Positions 19,374 to 28,204 of a stretch of 64,000 nucleotides of DNA are shown here, in pieces. The first letter of the stretch is position 1. Every line of letters begins with the position of its first letter. The translations under genes were made by a program, and so were the position numbers. The notes below the pieces were generated by a model. The model searched no databases. It had not been told where the DNA came from and was given only the letters and a program-made list of their open reading frames with translations. The DNA lies in contig JBNLED010000218.1 in NCBI GenBank assembly GCA_050304755.1, positions 18,489 through 82,488 of the forward strand. The letters run 5' to 3'. This stretch comes from Polyangia bacterium. GTDB lineage: Bacteria; Myxococcota_A; Polyangia; JAAYKL01.

Positions 19374-20867
19374 TTACGGCGTCCCTGCGAACGTGGTCAC
19401 GCTGCGAGCGGGCAGCTCATAGGTGAAGCGGGACTCGCTGACGGACACAGCGGTTTTGGCGGCCAGGTCGTCGCTGGACGAGGTCACCCAGGGGATCATG
19501 GCGCACGGCGCGGCGTCCTCGATGAAGACCGAGAGCGCGGTGGCGCTGTTGTTGTTGTTGGCGGCCACCACGACGACGGTGCCGTCGCCCGGGTCCTTGT
19601 AGGCCGACAGGAGCACCCCCGCGGGCACGCTGCCCGAGGTGACCACCCGGAGGAAGTCGGGTCTCGCGAAGCGGCTGTAGTTCCCCATGACCCAGAGCCG
19701 CTTGGTGGGCTGATTGGTGTTGAGATCCCAGAGGGCCCCGTTGTCATCGCAACAGGGATAGACCCACCAGAAGTGCCACGCGCTCATGTTGATACGGGTC
19801 AACGAGTCGTGCATCATCGCGACGACTCGGAGGGCGCTGTCCATCCCCGTGTCCGCGACGTTCGATTCCTGGTCATAGATCTCGGTCTGCCAGAACTCCA
19901 TCCCGGCCGCCGCGATTTCCGGGTAGGGGACCTTCCAGGTCTGATCCCTGCACCCGTATTCGTGGGTGGCGAGGATGTCGGTATAGGACGCGGCCGTCCC
20001 GTTGCCGAGGATCGCGTCGACGTACTGACCGAACCCGCACCAGTTCTGGCTCTCCCCCGCCATGATCCGCACCCCGGTTCCCTCCAGCGCGGGGCCGAGG
20101 TGGTCGGCGACGAAATCGGCCATCTGCGGTCCGGTGTAATCGCACGACTCGTAGTCCACCGTGGCGTCCGGCTCGTTTTGCACGGACACGGCATAGAGGT
20201 CCACGCCGTTCGACTGCATGGTGCTCACGAAGGCGGCGAGGGTAGTGGCCCATCCCGCGCCGTCGGTAAGCGTCCCCCCGACGTCGCTGTTGTTCGACTT
20301 GAAAGACGGCGTGGGGGTCCAGGGGGTCGCCCAGACAAGGGCGCCGCGGGCGACGGCCATCTTGGCGATATTGGTCTCGGAGGTGCCGCCGTCCGGCGCG
20401 ATCCGGATGCGATGTAGGGAGAGCCCCGCCCCGCTCTCGGTGGACCAGAGCAGGTCCGCGTCCGACTCGCTCATGCTGGATCCCCACGCGGTGGAGGCGC
20501 CGAATCCGGCGATCCGCTGCTGTTCACCGGAGAGCTGAATCACCACATCACCGCCCGACGGGGTCCCGCCACCGCAGACATCGGTGTCCGCGTCCGTATC
20601 CGCGTCCGTGTCTGCATCGGTATCCGCATCCGTATCCGCATCTGTATCCCCGTCGGCATCTGAGTCTGTATCTGTGTCCGTGTCCGTGTCCGTGTCGGTA
20701 TCTGCATCGGCGTCGGTATCCGCGTCCGCGTCGGTATCCGCATCTCCGCCCATGCCGGTATCCTGACCGCCGGCGTCTACCGCGTTTTCATTGCTATCGG
20801 AGCAGCCCGACGCGAGCGCGTTCGCCCAGACAGCGCATAAGGTCAGCAATAATCCAGAGAGTCGCAT
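19374..20867 (-). CDS. glycoside hydrolase family 30-like (xylanase/glucosylceramidase clan) lipoprotein with poly-(DT/DA) linker
   Basis: Lipobox LASGC, a (DADT)n linker, GFGASTAWGS and the catalytic-region motif SVQNEPD. Confidence 0.75.
   Translation of the reverse strand: MRLSGLLLTLCAVWANALASGCSDSNENAVDAGGQDTGMGGDADTDADADTDADADTDTDTDTDTDTDSDADGDTDADTDADTDADTDADTDADTDVCGGGTPSGGDVVIQLSGEQQRIAGFGASTAWGSSMSESDADLLWSTESGAGLSLHRIRIAPDGGTSETNIAKMAVARGALVWATPWTPTPSFKSNNSDVGGTLTDGAGWATTLAAFVSTMQSNGVDLYAVSVQNEPDATVDYESCDYTGPQMADFVADHLGPALEGTGVRIMAGESQNWCGFGQYVDAILGNGTAASYTDILATHEYGCRDQTWKVPYPEIAAAGMEFWQTEIYDQESNVADTGMDSALRVVAMMHDSLTRINMSAWHFWWVYPCCDDNGALWDLNTNQPTKRLWVMGNYSRFARPDFLRVVTSGSVPAGVLLSAYKDPGDGTVVVVAANNNNSATALSVFIEDAAPCAMIPWVTSSSDDLAAKTAVSVSESRFTYELPARSVTTFAGTP
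20578..20745 (-). repeat. tandem 6/12-bp repeat (GTATCCGCATCC-like) encoding (DADT)n
   Basis: Visible short-period repeat within the GH30 gene. Confidence 0.8.
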
Positions 20868-20936
20868 GAGTCACCTCCCTAAAAAAAAGTTATCCCTTCA
20901 ATAAACTGAGAAGTCCAATCGGACGGCAAGATAAGG

Positions 20937-21455
20937 CTATGCGTCGGACTTGACGCAGCGGACCCCGTGGCGGTCTTCCTTCCGGATGGGGATCACGGTG
21001 CCGCAGTCGAAGCAGACGCCCCAGATGGTCTCGGCGTCGTTCTCGTCCGTGGTCCAGCTGTAGTCCGTGTAGGTGTCGAACATCGACTTGCAGAGCTCAC
21101 TGTCGGAGCAGCGCTTGCACTTGCCGGCCTTGCCGGCCTTGACTTCCCCGTCGCAGCCCACGAGCAGTGAGACCAGCTCTTCTCTCGCGGGCAGCCGGTA
21201 TCCGGGCGGACAGGCCGCCCCCACGTCGGCGTGTCGGAACCGCTTCATCGCGCCGGTGCAGTCCCAGCCGTCCCAAGTCATCCCCACGGGGCACCGCTGC
21301 CAGATCAGGTTGGCGCCCTCCTGGGTCACGTCCGGCGGCCTTTCGAGGCCCTTGTCCTCCTCCTCGGCCTTGCCGCATGCGGCGGCCAACCCCAGCGAGA
21401 GCAGGAGCGCCGCAATTCTCAGGACCCGACCGGTATCTCTTGTGCTTATCATCAT
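20937..21455 (-). CDS. DUF1566 (Lcl C-terminal domain-like) lipoprotein
   Basis: Signal LLSLGLAAACG. WDGWDCTGA...GYRLPAREELVSLL matches the DUF1566 W...C...GyRLPt.eEL.sL signature (by recall). Confidence 0.65.
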   Translation of the reverse strand: MMISTRDTGRVLRIAALLLSLGLAAACGKAEEEDKGLERPPDVTQEGANLIWQRCPVGMTWDGWDCTGAMKRFRHADVGAACPPGYRLPAREELVSLLVGCDGEVKAGKAGKCKRCSDSELCKSMFDTYTDYSWTTDENDAETIWGVCFDCGTVIPIRKEDRHGVRCVKSDA

Positions 21456-21540
21456 TCAAACCTTTCCGAGGTCGCGTTGATAACGAAGACCCGAAGATAA
21501 TCCCGATGCCGGAAGGCGGTCAAGGGCTGCGATCGATCGC

Positions 21541-24111
21541 CTACTGAACGGGATAGAGCCGGAACGCCTCGGCGGTGCCGGGGAGGCCGTCCAGGCCCGG
21601 GGTGCCCGGGGAGAAGCCGCCGTTGCCGGCGCCCCCCGGCGCGGGGAGCGGGTCCACGTGGTTGAGCGCCCGTAGCGTCTCCACATAGGGTGCGCCGTCG
21701 ACTGTCGCGGGCTGTACCACATGGAAGCCGGAGACGGAGCCGCCGCAACCGCCGCCGCCGCCGCCGCCCGCGCCGCCGGCCCCGCCGTCTCCGCCCCGAC
21801 CGCCCCGCCGGCCGCACCAGTAGTTGCCGTCCCCGCCGTCTCCACCGGTGCCGGGGGCCCCTCCCGCGGCGCCGAGCCCGCCGTCTCCGCCGTCACCGGC
21901 CCGGGCCGGAATCACCCGGACTTTCTCGACGAGCGGGCCGCCGCCGTCCGACGTGAGGACGATGGCGAGACCGATGGAGCTGCCCCCCCCGGTGCCCGCC
22001 GCCGCGCCCACGGCGCCGCAACCGCCGGAACCGCCGCCGCCGCCCGCGCCGCCGATCCGATCGGTGTAGCTCGAGGAGATGCTGTTCCATTGGAGCACGT
22101 CGTAGCCGTTGCCCTGGGTTCCGCCGCCGCCGCCGCCGCCGTCCGTGCCGTCCCCGCCGGCGATCCCCGGTGAGGTGGTCCATAGCCCGGTGGCGAGGTC
22201 GAAGGTCCCGAGGGCCGTCCGGCACCCATCCCCCCCCGCTCCGTCCGCGCCGTCTCTTCCCGGCTCGCCGTTGCCCCCCACCCGCTGAAGTGACGGATCA
22301 TCGGCGCAGTAGTTGCTGCCCGCCCGCGTGGTGGGCGCGTCGTAGGTCACCGGCCCGGCCGCCCCACCGCCGGCCCCGTGACCCGCCTCCGCGGAGGGAT
22401 TGGAGACGGCCGCCGCCTGCATGGTCTCGTAGTCGCACGCGTCGCCGAGCATGAAGTCCGTACAACCGGCGTTGGGGCAGGGCTCCCCCTCCAGACAGCC
22501 GGTGTCCGGGCAGGAGGAGCTCCCGCCGAGGCCGCCGCTGATGTCCGCTCCGGTCGCGGGGCAGGTCTTCAGGCCGCCGTCACCGCCGGGCGCCGACTGC
22601 CCCTCGCAGAGGTTCGTGTTCGCGTCGAACCCCTCGGCCCCCTCCCCGCCGGAGAACCCGTCGAGGGTCGAGAGGCCGCCGCCGGTAAGCGCTTCCAGCA
22701 CCTCGGAGGAGGAGCTCCCGTCCCCGCCGTCCACCCCCTGCCCCGCGATAATCCGGATATCGTGAAAGTAGAGGTTCTCGTCCGAGTCCGACAAAAACGC
22801 CGCGGTGGAGCCGGTCCCCGGAGACTCGCCGTTCGACCCCACCAGCGTCAGCCCCGAGATCTCCGTGGGAGATCGGATCCCATCCCCCTCCAGCACCGGG
22901 AGCCCTTGGCGCTCCGTCGGGCGCTCCACCTTCACCTCGAACACCTCCGGGTCGTGGTCTCCGAAATCCGACCGGTACCCCCCGAACACCGACACCCCCG
23001 CCCGGAGCACCACGGTCTGATCATAGCTCCCCTGGGCCACGACCACGGTGAGGAGGCGGGGGGTCGCCAGCGCGATCCCCCGGTTGATCGTCGCCACGGG
23101 GAACTCGAGGGTGCCGGGGTTGCTATCGTCGCCGGTCTTGGAGACGAAGATGAACGCCTCGGTGGTGTCCACCGTTCCGTCGCAGTCCATGTCCCCGCCG
23201 AAGGAGAGGGGGGGCCACACCGAGTTCACCTTGAAGCACTCGCACCCGTTCAGGCTGAGCCCGTCGAGGTCCACGTGGTTGTCCGCGCACTCCCGCACGC
23301 AGGTGGGCTGCCCGCCGATGTTGCGGCAGGAGGCCACGGTGTTGGGGGCGAGCTCGTCGCACGGGTGGTTGCAGGCGCCGCAGTGATCGTCCGTGAGGTA
23401 GAGGCCGTCGCGGGTGAAGTCCTCGTCGATCCGGCCGTTGCAGTTGTTGTCCTCGCCGTCGCACTGCTCTTCGTGGACGGGCCCGCAGAGGGAGAGGGCC
23501 TCGCCGTCACACGCCTGGGTGCCGTAACAGAGCCGGTCCCCACGGGGGCTCTGGAGCCAGCAGCCGAATACGGCGCCCGCCTGGTCCGGGGTGCAGGCGC
23601 AGTGGCCGCTCACCGGCACGCAGAGCTCCCGCTCCCCGAAGGGGGTGCAGGTGAACCCCGTGTCGCAGCGACCGTCGTCACAGGGAACGAGGCAGCGCCG
23701 ATCGCCGAAGGGCAGCGGGACGCAGGTCGCGGACGGGTCCACCGCGGTGCAGTCCTCCTCGAAGGTGCAGGAGAGGCAGGTGATGTTCCGGTCTGGAACG
23801 CAGGCCGCCTCCCCCACCAGGTGGGTCCCCTCCGGACACTGGACGATCTTGCAGGCGAACCCGAGATCCGAGGGCTCGCAGGCGACGGTCTCGGCGGTGG
23901 GGAAGACCTCGTTGCAGTCGATGCCGCAGCCGCCGCAGTGTTCCACGAGGTGGTACTCCCCGAGTTCGTTTACGAAGTATTCGTCAACAATGCCGTTCCA
24001 GTTATCGTCCTCGAAGTTGCAGATTTCATCCTCGCCGATACTCGTCTCGAAGCAGGCGACGGCCCCGAGAGCGATCAGGAGGATTGCTCCGAATTTAACG
24101 AACGACGACAT
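21541..24111 (-). CDS. giant secreted protein: MopE-like Cys-rich repeats (C..DNDC.G..DE...HCG.CG..C), a beta-helix-cap-like domain, and a Gly-rich C-terminal half
   Basis: Signal MSSFVKFGAILLIALGAVAC. At least 3 DN[DN]C[DN]G..DE motifs. IFVSKTGDDSNPGTLEFPVATINRGIALA resembles a pectin-lyase-fold N-cap. Long GGxGGxGG tracts. Confidence 0.75.
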   Translation of the reverse strand: MSSFVKFGAILLIALGAVACFETSIGEDEICNFEDDNWNGIVDEYFVNELGEYHLVEHCGGCGIDCNEVFPTAETVACEPSDLGFACKIVQCPEGTHLVGEAACVPDRNITCLSCTFEEDCTAVDPSATCVPLPFGDRRCLVPCDDGRCDTGFTCTPFGERELCVPVSGHCACTPDQAGAVFGCWLQSPRGDRLCYGTQACDGEALSLCGPVHEEQCDGEDNNCNGRIDEDFTRDGLYLTDDHCGACNHPCDELAPNTVASCRNIGGQPTCVRECADNHVDLDGLSLNGCECFKVNSVWPPLSFGGDMDCDGTVDTTEAFIFVSKTGDDSNPGTLEFPVATINRGIALATPRLLTVVVAQGSYDQTVVLRAGVSVFGGYRSDFGDHDPEVFEVKVERPTERQGLPVLEGDGIRSPTEISGLTLVGSNGESPGTGSTAAFLSDSDENLYFHDIRIIAGQGVDGGDGSSSSEVLEALTGGGLSTLDGFSGGEGAEGFDANTNLCEGQSAPGGDGGLKTCPATGADISGGLGGSSSCPDTGCLEGEPCPNAGCTDFMLGDACDYETMQAAAVSNPSAEAGHGAGGGAAGPVTYDAPTTRAGSNYCADDPSLQRVGGNGEPGRDGADGAGGDGCRTALGTFDLATGLWTTSPGIAGGDGTDGGGGGGGTQGNGYDVLQWNSISSSYTDRIGGAGGGGGSGGCGAVGAAAGTGGGSSIGLAIVLTSDGGGPLVEKVRVIPARAGDGGDGGLGAAGGAPGTGGDGGDGNYWCGRRGGRGGDGGAGGAGGGGGGGCGGSVSGFHVVQPATVDGAPYVETLRALNHVDPLPAPGGAGNGGFSPGTPGLDGLPGTAEAFRLYPVQ

Positions 24112-26689
24112 CGAAAGTGCCTCCATCCTGACCCGGAACGCCCCCCGCGCCGCCCACGCCGTTGTTCCCCCCCTCCCCCGGACGCCCCAGATCGAAGCGA
24201 TTCTGCTCGGTCAACCGGGCGCTCACCTCCGGGGCCGCGCCGCCGCCGAGGGCCAACCAGACACCGACGGTGGAGCCCCCACAGCCCCCGCCGCCCCCGC
24301 CGCCCCGGCCCCCTGCGCCGCCGGCCCCCCCGTGGCCGCCGCCGTCCGGCCCCGACAGGGACGGGATAGTCCGCTCGGTGGGGCGCAGCTCGCCGCCCTG
24401 GCCGCCCTGGCCGCCCTGGCCCCCATCGCCGCCGTGCCCCCCGGCGCCGCCGTCGCCGCCGTCACCGGTGACAATGGAAACATCCGTTATGGCGGGGGCC
24501 TCCTCGGGCCGCTCCAGGATCAGGACGATCCCCACGGCGGGACCGCCGGAGATCCCGGGGGCGCCGCCTTGCCCCCCGCAGCCGCCCGCGCCGCCCCCAC
24601 CGCCGCCGCCGCCGATGCCGTCCGCGTAGGGGCAGAGGGCGCCGTTGATGCCCGCGCTGCCGCCCGCGCCGCCCCCACCGCCGCCCGCGCCCGGGCTACC
24701 GTTCGTGCCGTTAGACGCCTCCGCGCCGCTCCAGATGCCGCCCGCGATAGCCCCAAGCGCGTCTACGCACCCACCGCCGCCGACGCCGGCGGCGCCGTTC
24801 GCCCCGGCGGCGCCGTCCCCCGCCATCTCATGGGAGCCCGACACCGTGAAGTCCGCGAGGCCGCAGTAGACCGTGCCATTGATCGTGATGGGCCCGAGGG
24901 CGTCCCAGCCGCCGCTCCCGCCGACGCCGCCGGAAGCCCCCTCGACGCTCTGGCCGTCCTCCCCGGCGGGCTGGATATGCTCGTAGCTCACGGCGCAGGT
25001 GCTGTCCCCGCCCTGGCCGCCGCTGACCTCGACGCCGCCGCAGGAGAAGCGCCCCCCGTCGCCCCCCTGGTTGATGTTCTCCTCGCCGTCGACGCAGGAA
25101 TAGCCCTCGTCCTCCACGGCGATTCGCTGGGGGCTGCCCGCGGCGCCGGAAGCGGCGGATTCACCGACGTCTCCGTCCGGGCCGTTCTCGCCGTCCGATC
25201 CGTCGCCGGTCCGGACGGTGCAGCCCGTCATCGTGAAGCCGCCCCCGGGGGTGTCCAGAAAGGCGCCGAAGGCGTATCGCTCCCCGAGGGGGGCCGAGGC
25301 GCCGCGGAATACGAGACCGTCGATGACGGTGGGCGAACGCGCCGCTCCCGCCTCGGCCACCAGGGCGGCGCCGCCGGGGCTGCCCTCCCAGTCCGGGGCG
25401 TGGATCTCCGTGGCGTAGGCCTGGGGATCCCGCTCGAGGAAGTCGGGCCGGTAGCCCCCGTGGATGTGGACGCCGTCCCTCACCCGGAGCACCTCATTGT
25501 AGACCCCTGCCGCCACGTAGACGTGGGGTCTCGGGTGATTGGTGGTGAGGGATCGGGCGGCCGCGTCCACTGCCCCCTGGAGGGTGGCGAGGGGATCCGC
25601 CGGCGTTCCCGAAGCGCCGTCATCGCCCGTGAGGACGACATAGACCCCCTCCTCCACCACGCCGTCCGCGCCGTCGCAGTTGGCGTCGAGGAGCGCCGGG
25701 TGCTCCGGCGAGTCGGCGCCGGGGTGGTCCTCCAGGCGCAGCATCTCGCACTCGCAGCCGTTCTCCGGATCGAGATCGGCGTCGACGAAATCCCCGACAT
25801 CGACGCCGTCGAAGGTGTCCTCGCAGAAGATGGCGCACACCGGCCGGAGGGAGTGGCCGCCGCAGGTGATCTCGAAGTTCGCCACCTGGTTGAGGGTGCA
25901 GTCCACCCCGCAGGCCCCGCAGTTGTGCAGGTCGGTGGTGTAGCGGCCCTCCGAGTCCACGAAGGGCTCGTCGGTCTCGCCGTCGCAGTCGTTGTCCACC
26001 CGGTCGCACACCTCCTCGCTGCCCGCGCAGGGGGAGAGCCTCCCGTCCTCGCAGCGGGACGTGCCGAAGCACTCCGCGCCGTTCACATCGATGGTGCACG
26101 ACACCGTGAAGTCGTCCTCCGGACCGCAGTTGCAGCTCCCGGAGGGGGGGATGCAGCGATCCCCGTCACACGCGTATCCCCCCGGACAGCCCCCGTCCTC
26201 GCAGGCCACGGTGCACCGGAGCTCGCCGGCGATATCCTCGCAGCGGGCCCCGTCGAAGCCCCCGCACTCGCCCCGGTCGAGGCACGGAGCGCAGAGCCAT
26301 CCGTCCCACGGGAGGCAGGTGGCGGATCCGCTCGGCACATACCCCTCGATGCACCGCGTCGCCACGCAGGCCGCGCCGGCCTCCGTCGATCGGCACTCCG
26401 CCGCCTCGGTGACCTCGTCCGGCACGCAGGGGGCGCCGCATCTCCCGCAGTGCGCGTCATGCACATAGACCCCCGCGTCGTTTCGGAAGTCCTCGTCCAC
26501 GAGCTCGTCCAGATCGTTATCGATGCGGTCGCACACCTCGGTGGTCGACATCCGGGATCCGTCCTCCCGCGGCACCGCGTAGGGGGACGTCACGTTGCAC
26601 GCCGGCCCCATCGCCGCGATGGCGAGCAGCACCCCCGCTTCGGCGGCATTCCTCAATCCGCGGTTTCTCATGGCGCTGCGGTTTCTCAT
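24095..26689 (-). CDS. giant secreted protein, paralog of 21541..24111 (MopE-like Cys-rich repeats plus Gly-rich beta-helix-like region)
   Basis: Same architecture: VCDRIDNDLDELVDE, VCDRVDNDCDGETDE, YVVLTGDDGASGTPADPLATLQGAVDAA, long Gly tracts. The start lies within an 18-bp tandem duplication MRNRSAMRNR. Confidence 0.75.
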   Translation of the reverse strand: MRNRSAMRNRGLRNAAEAGVLLAIAAMGPACNVTSPYAVPREDGSRMSTTEVCDRIDNDLDELVDEDFRNDAGVYVHDAHCGRCGAPCVPDEVTEAAECRSTEAGAACVATRCIEGYVPSGSATCLPWDGWLCAPCLDRGECGGFDGARCEDIAGELRCTVACEDGGCPGGYACDGDRCIPPSGSCNCGPEDDFTVSCTIDVNGAECFGTSRCEDGRLSPCAGSEEVCDRVDNDCDGETDEPFVDSEGRYTTDLHNCGACGVDCTLNQVANFEITCGGHSLRPVCAIFCEDTFDGVDVGDFVDADLDPENGCECEMLRLEDHPGADSPEHPALLDANCDGADGVVEEGVYVVLTGDDGASGTPADPLATLQGAVDAAARSLTTNHPRPHVYVAAGVYNEVLRVRDGVHIHGGYRPDFLERDPQAYATEIHAPDWEGSPGGAALVAEAGAARSPTVIDGLVFRGASAPLGERYAFGAFLDTPGGGFTMTGCTVRTGDGSDGENGPDGDVGESAASGAAGSPQRIAVEDEGYSCVDGEENINQGGDGGRFSCGGVEVSGGQGGDSTCAVSYEHIQPAGEDGQSVEGASGGVGGSGGWDALGPITINGTVYCGLADFTVSGSHEMAGDGAAGANGAAGVGGGGCVDALGAIAGGIWSGAEASNGTNGSPGAGGGGGGAGGSAGINGALCPYADGIGGGGGGGGAGGCGGQGGAPGISGGPAVGIVLILERPEEAPAITDVSIVTGDGGDGGAGGHGGDGGQGGQGGQGGELRPTERTIPSLSGPDGGGHGGAGGAGGRGGGGGGGCGGSTVGVWLALGGGAAPEVSARLTEQNRFDLGRPGEGGNNGVGGAGGVPGQDGGTFDVVVR

Positions 26690-26696
26690 GGCGCTG
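26661..26696 (-). repeat. perfect 18-bp tandem duplication (CGGTTTCTCATGGCGCTG x2) spanning the start codon of giant protein 2
   Basis: Exact duplicate in the DNA. Encodes SAMRNR twice and creates two in-frame ATGs. Confidence 0.9.
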
Positions 26697-27210
26697 ATGT
26701 TTTGCTCTCCTCGCGAGTGTTTATTGCCTCGAATTGGAATTGTATAGAATGGATCCGCTTCCTGCAAACTTCAAAAGAAGCCTCTCCGTTAAAGGTATCG
26801 ATAATCGACCGACGGAATTCGCGGTGTCCTCGAAGACCTATCTAAAACACACGCGGCGGACGACAGGCGGGCGGATTTTCGGGAGGGTTGAAACCTCCGA
26901 TTTCTGGTACACTCACCCCACGGACAAAAAATCGGAGATGCCATGCCGACACCGAAAAGGCCCGACAACGGCGTAACGAAGCGGGCGGTCTGGAATGACC
27001 AAACGGAGCTCTGGGAGCAGGTAGTGATATAGAAGGCGGTCGCCGCGGGCCGGGCGACCTGCCCTCACGCAATGAACAGGAGGTCTCAAATATGCAGGCC
27101 GTAGAAGCGAGTGAACCTCGGCCGCCGAAAGTGAACGCCGGACATGGTTGTATTTGTCTCCAATTTCTCTATAACGAATTGTAATTGTCTTGGTTCGAGA
27201 AGGAGAGATC

Positions 27211-28191
27211 ATGGCTGATTTGACGACCCGGTATTTGGGGATGACGCTGAAAAACCCAGTGATGGTGGCGAGCTGTGGGCTCACGGAGACCGCGACCGGA
27301 GTGCGGAAGGCCGAGGACGCGGGGGCCGGCGCCGTGGTGATGAAGTCGGTCTTCGAGGAGCAGATCAACGCCGAGGTGGACGCCCTGGCGGATCAATCCC
27401 CCCAGGACCACCCGGAGTGGCAGGACTACCTCGGGGCGTTCGGCAAGGAGGACAGCCTGAAGCAATACCTGTCGGAGATCGAGAAGGCCAAGAAGGCCGC
27501 CTCGATTCCCGTGTTCGGCAGCGTGAACTGCGTCTCCAAGGGGGGGTGGACCGACTTCGTCCGGCGGCTGGAGGCGACCGGCGTCGACGGGATGGAGCTG
27601 AACGTCTTCGTCATCCCGAGCGATGTCCAGAAGACCTCAGAGGAGATTGAGAAGACTTATATCGATATCTTCAACGAGCTGAAGTCTCTCATCAGCATCC
27701 CGGTGGTGTTGAAGGTGCCCCCCTACATCACCACGCCGGGCCGCTTCATCCGCCGGCTGGTGGACCACGGCGTCAAGGGGCTCGTGCTCTACAACCGCCC
27801 TGTGCCCTTCGATGTGGACATCGAAAAACAGCGGGTGGCCGTACGCAGCGTTATCAGCGCGCCGGAGGAGCTCGCCTTCTCCCTTAGAATGAGCTCCATC
27901 GTCTCGGGCTATTACGAGTGCGATATCGCCGCCAGCACGGGAATCCACGACGCCGAGGCCGCCATCAAGCACCTCATGGTGGGGACGGACGTGGTCCAGC
28001 TCTGCTCCGCGATCTACAAGAACGGCTTCAAGTATATCCGTAAGGTCATCGACGACATCAACGAGTGGCTGGATACCCACCGCATCGCATCGGTCGACGA
28101 TATCCGGGGCCGGCTGTCGCGGAAGAACAGTCCTCATCAATTCGACTACGAACGGGCCCAGTACATCAAGGCGTTCGGGAACATCAAATAG
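27211..28191 (+). CDS. dihydroorotate dehydrogenase-like TIM-barrel flavoprotein (DHOD/DHPD family) lacking the canonical SCPN catalytic Cys
   Basis: MVASCGLTET...AGAVVMKS, then ELNVFVIPSD where ELNxSCPN is expected. AAGGAGAG RBS. Confidence 0.8.
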   Translation: MADLTTRYLGMTLKNPVMVASCGLTETATGVRKAEDAGAGAVVMKSVFEEQINAEVDALADQSPQDHPEWQDYLGAFGKEDSLKQYLSEIEKAKKAASIPVFGSVNCVSKGGWTDFVRRLEATGVDGMELNVFVIPSDVQKTSEEIEKTYIDIFNELKSLISIPVVLKVPPYITTPGRFIRRLVDHGVKGLVLYNRPVPFDVDIEKQRVAVRSVISAPEELAFSLRMSSIVSGYYECDIAASTGIHDAEAAIKHLMVGTDVVQLCSAIYKNGFKYIRKVIDDINEWLDTHRIASVDDIRGRLSRKNSPHQFDYERAQYIKAFGNIK

Positions 28192-28204
28192 GAGCGACGG
28201 ACCG

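Noticed and set aside
22378-24369. 663-aa antisense ORF, plus many 80-160 aa Pro/Arg/Ala-rich ORFs, over the giant protein genes
   Set aside because: Typical high-GC antisense artifacts with no start context and extreme Arg/Pro/Gly composition.
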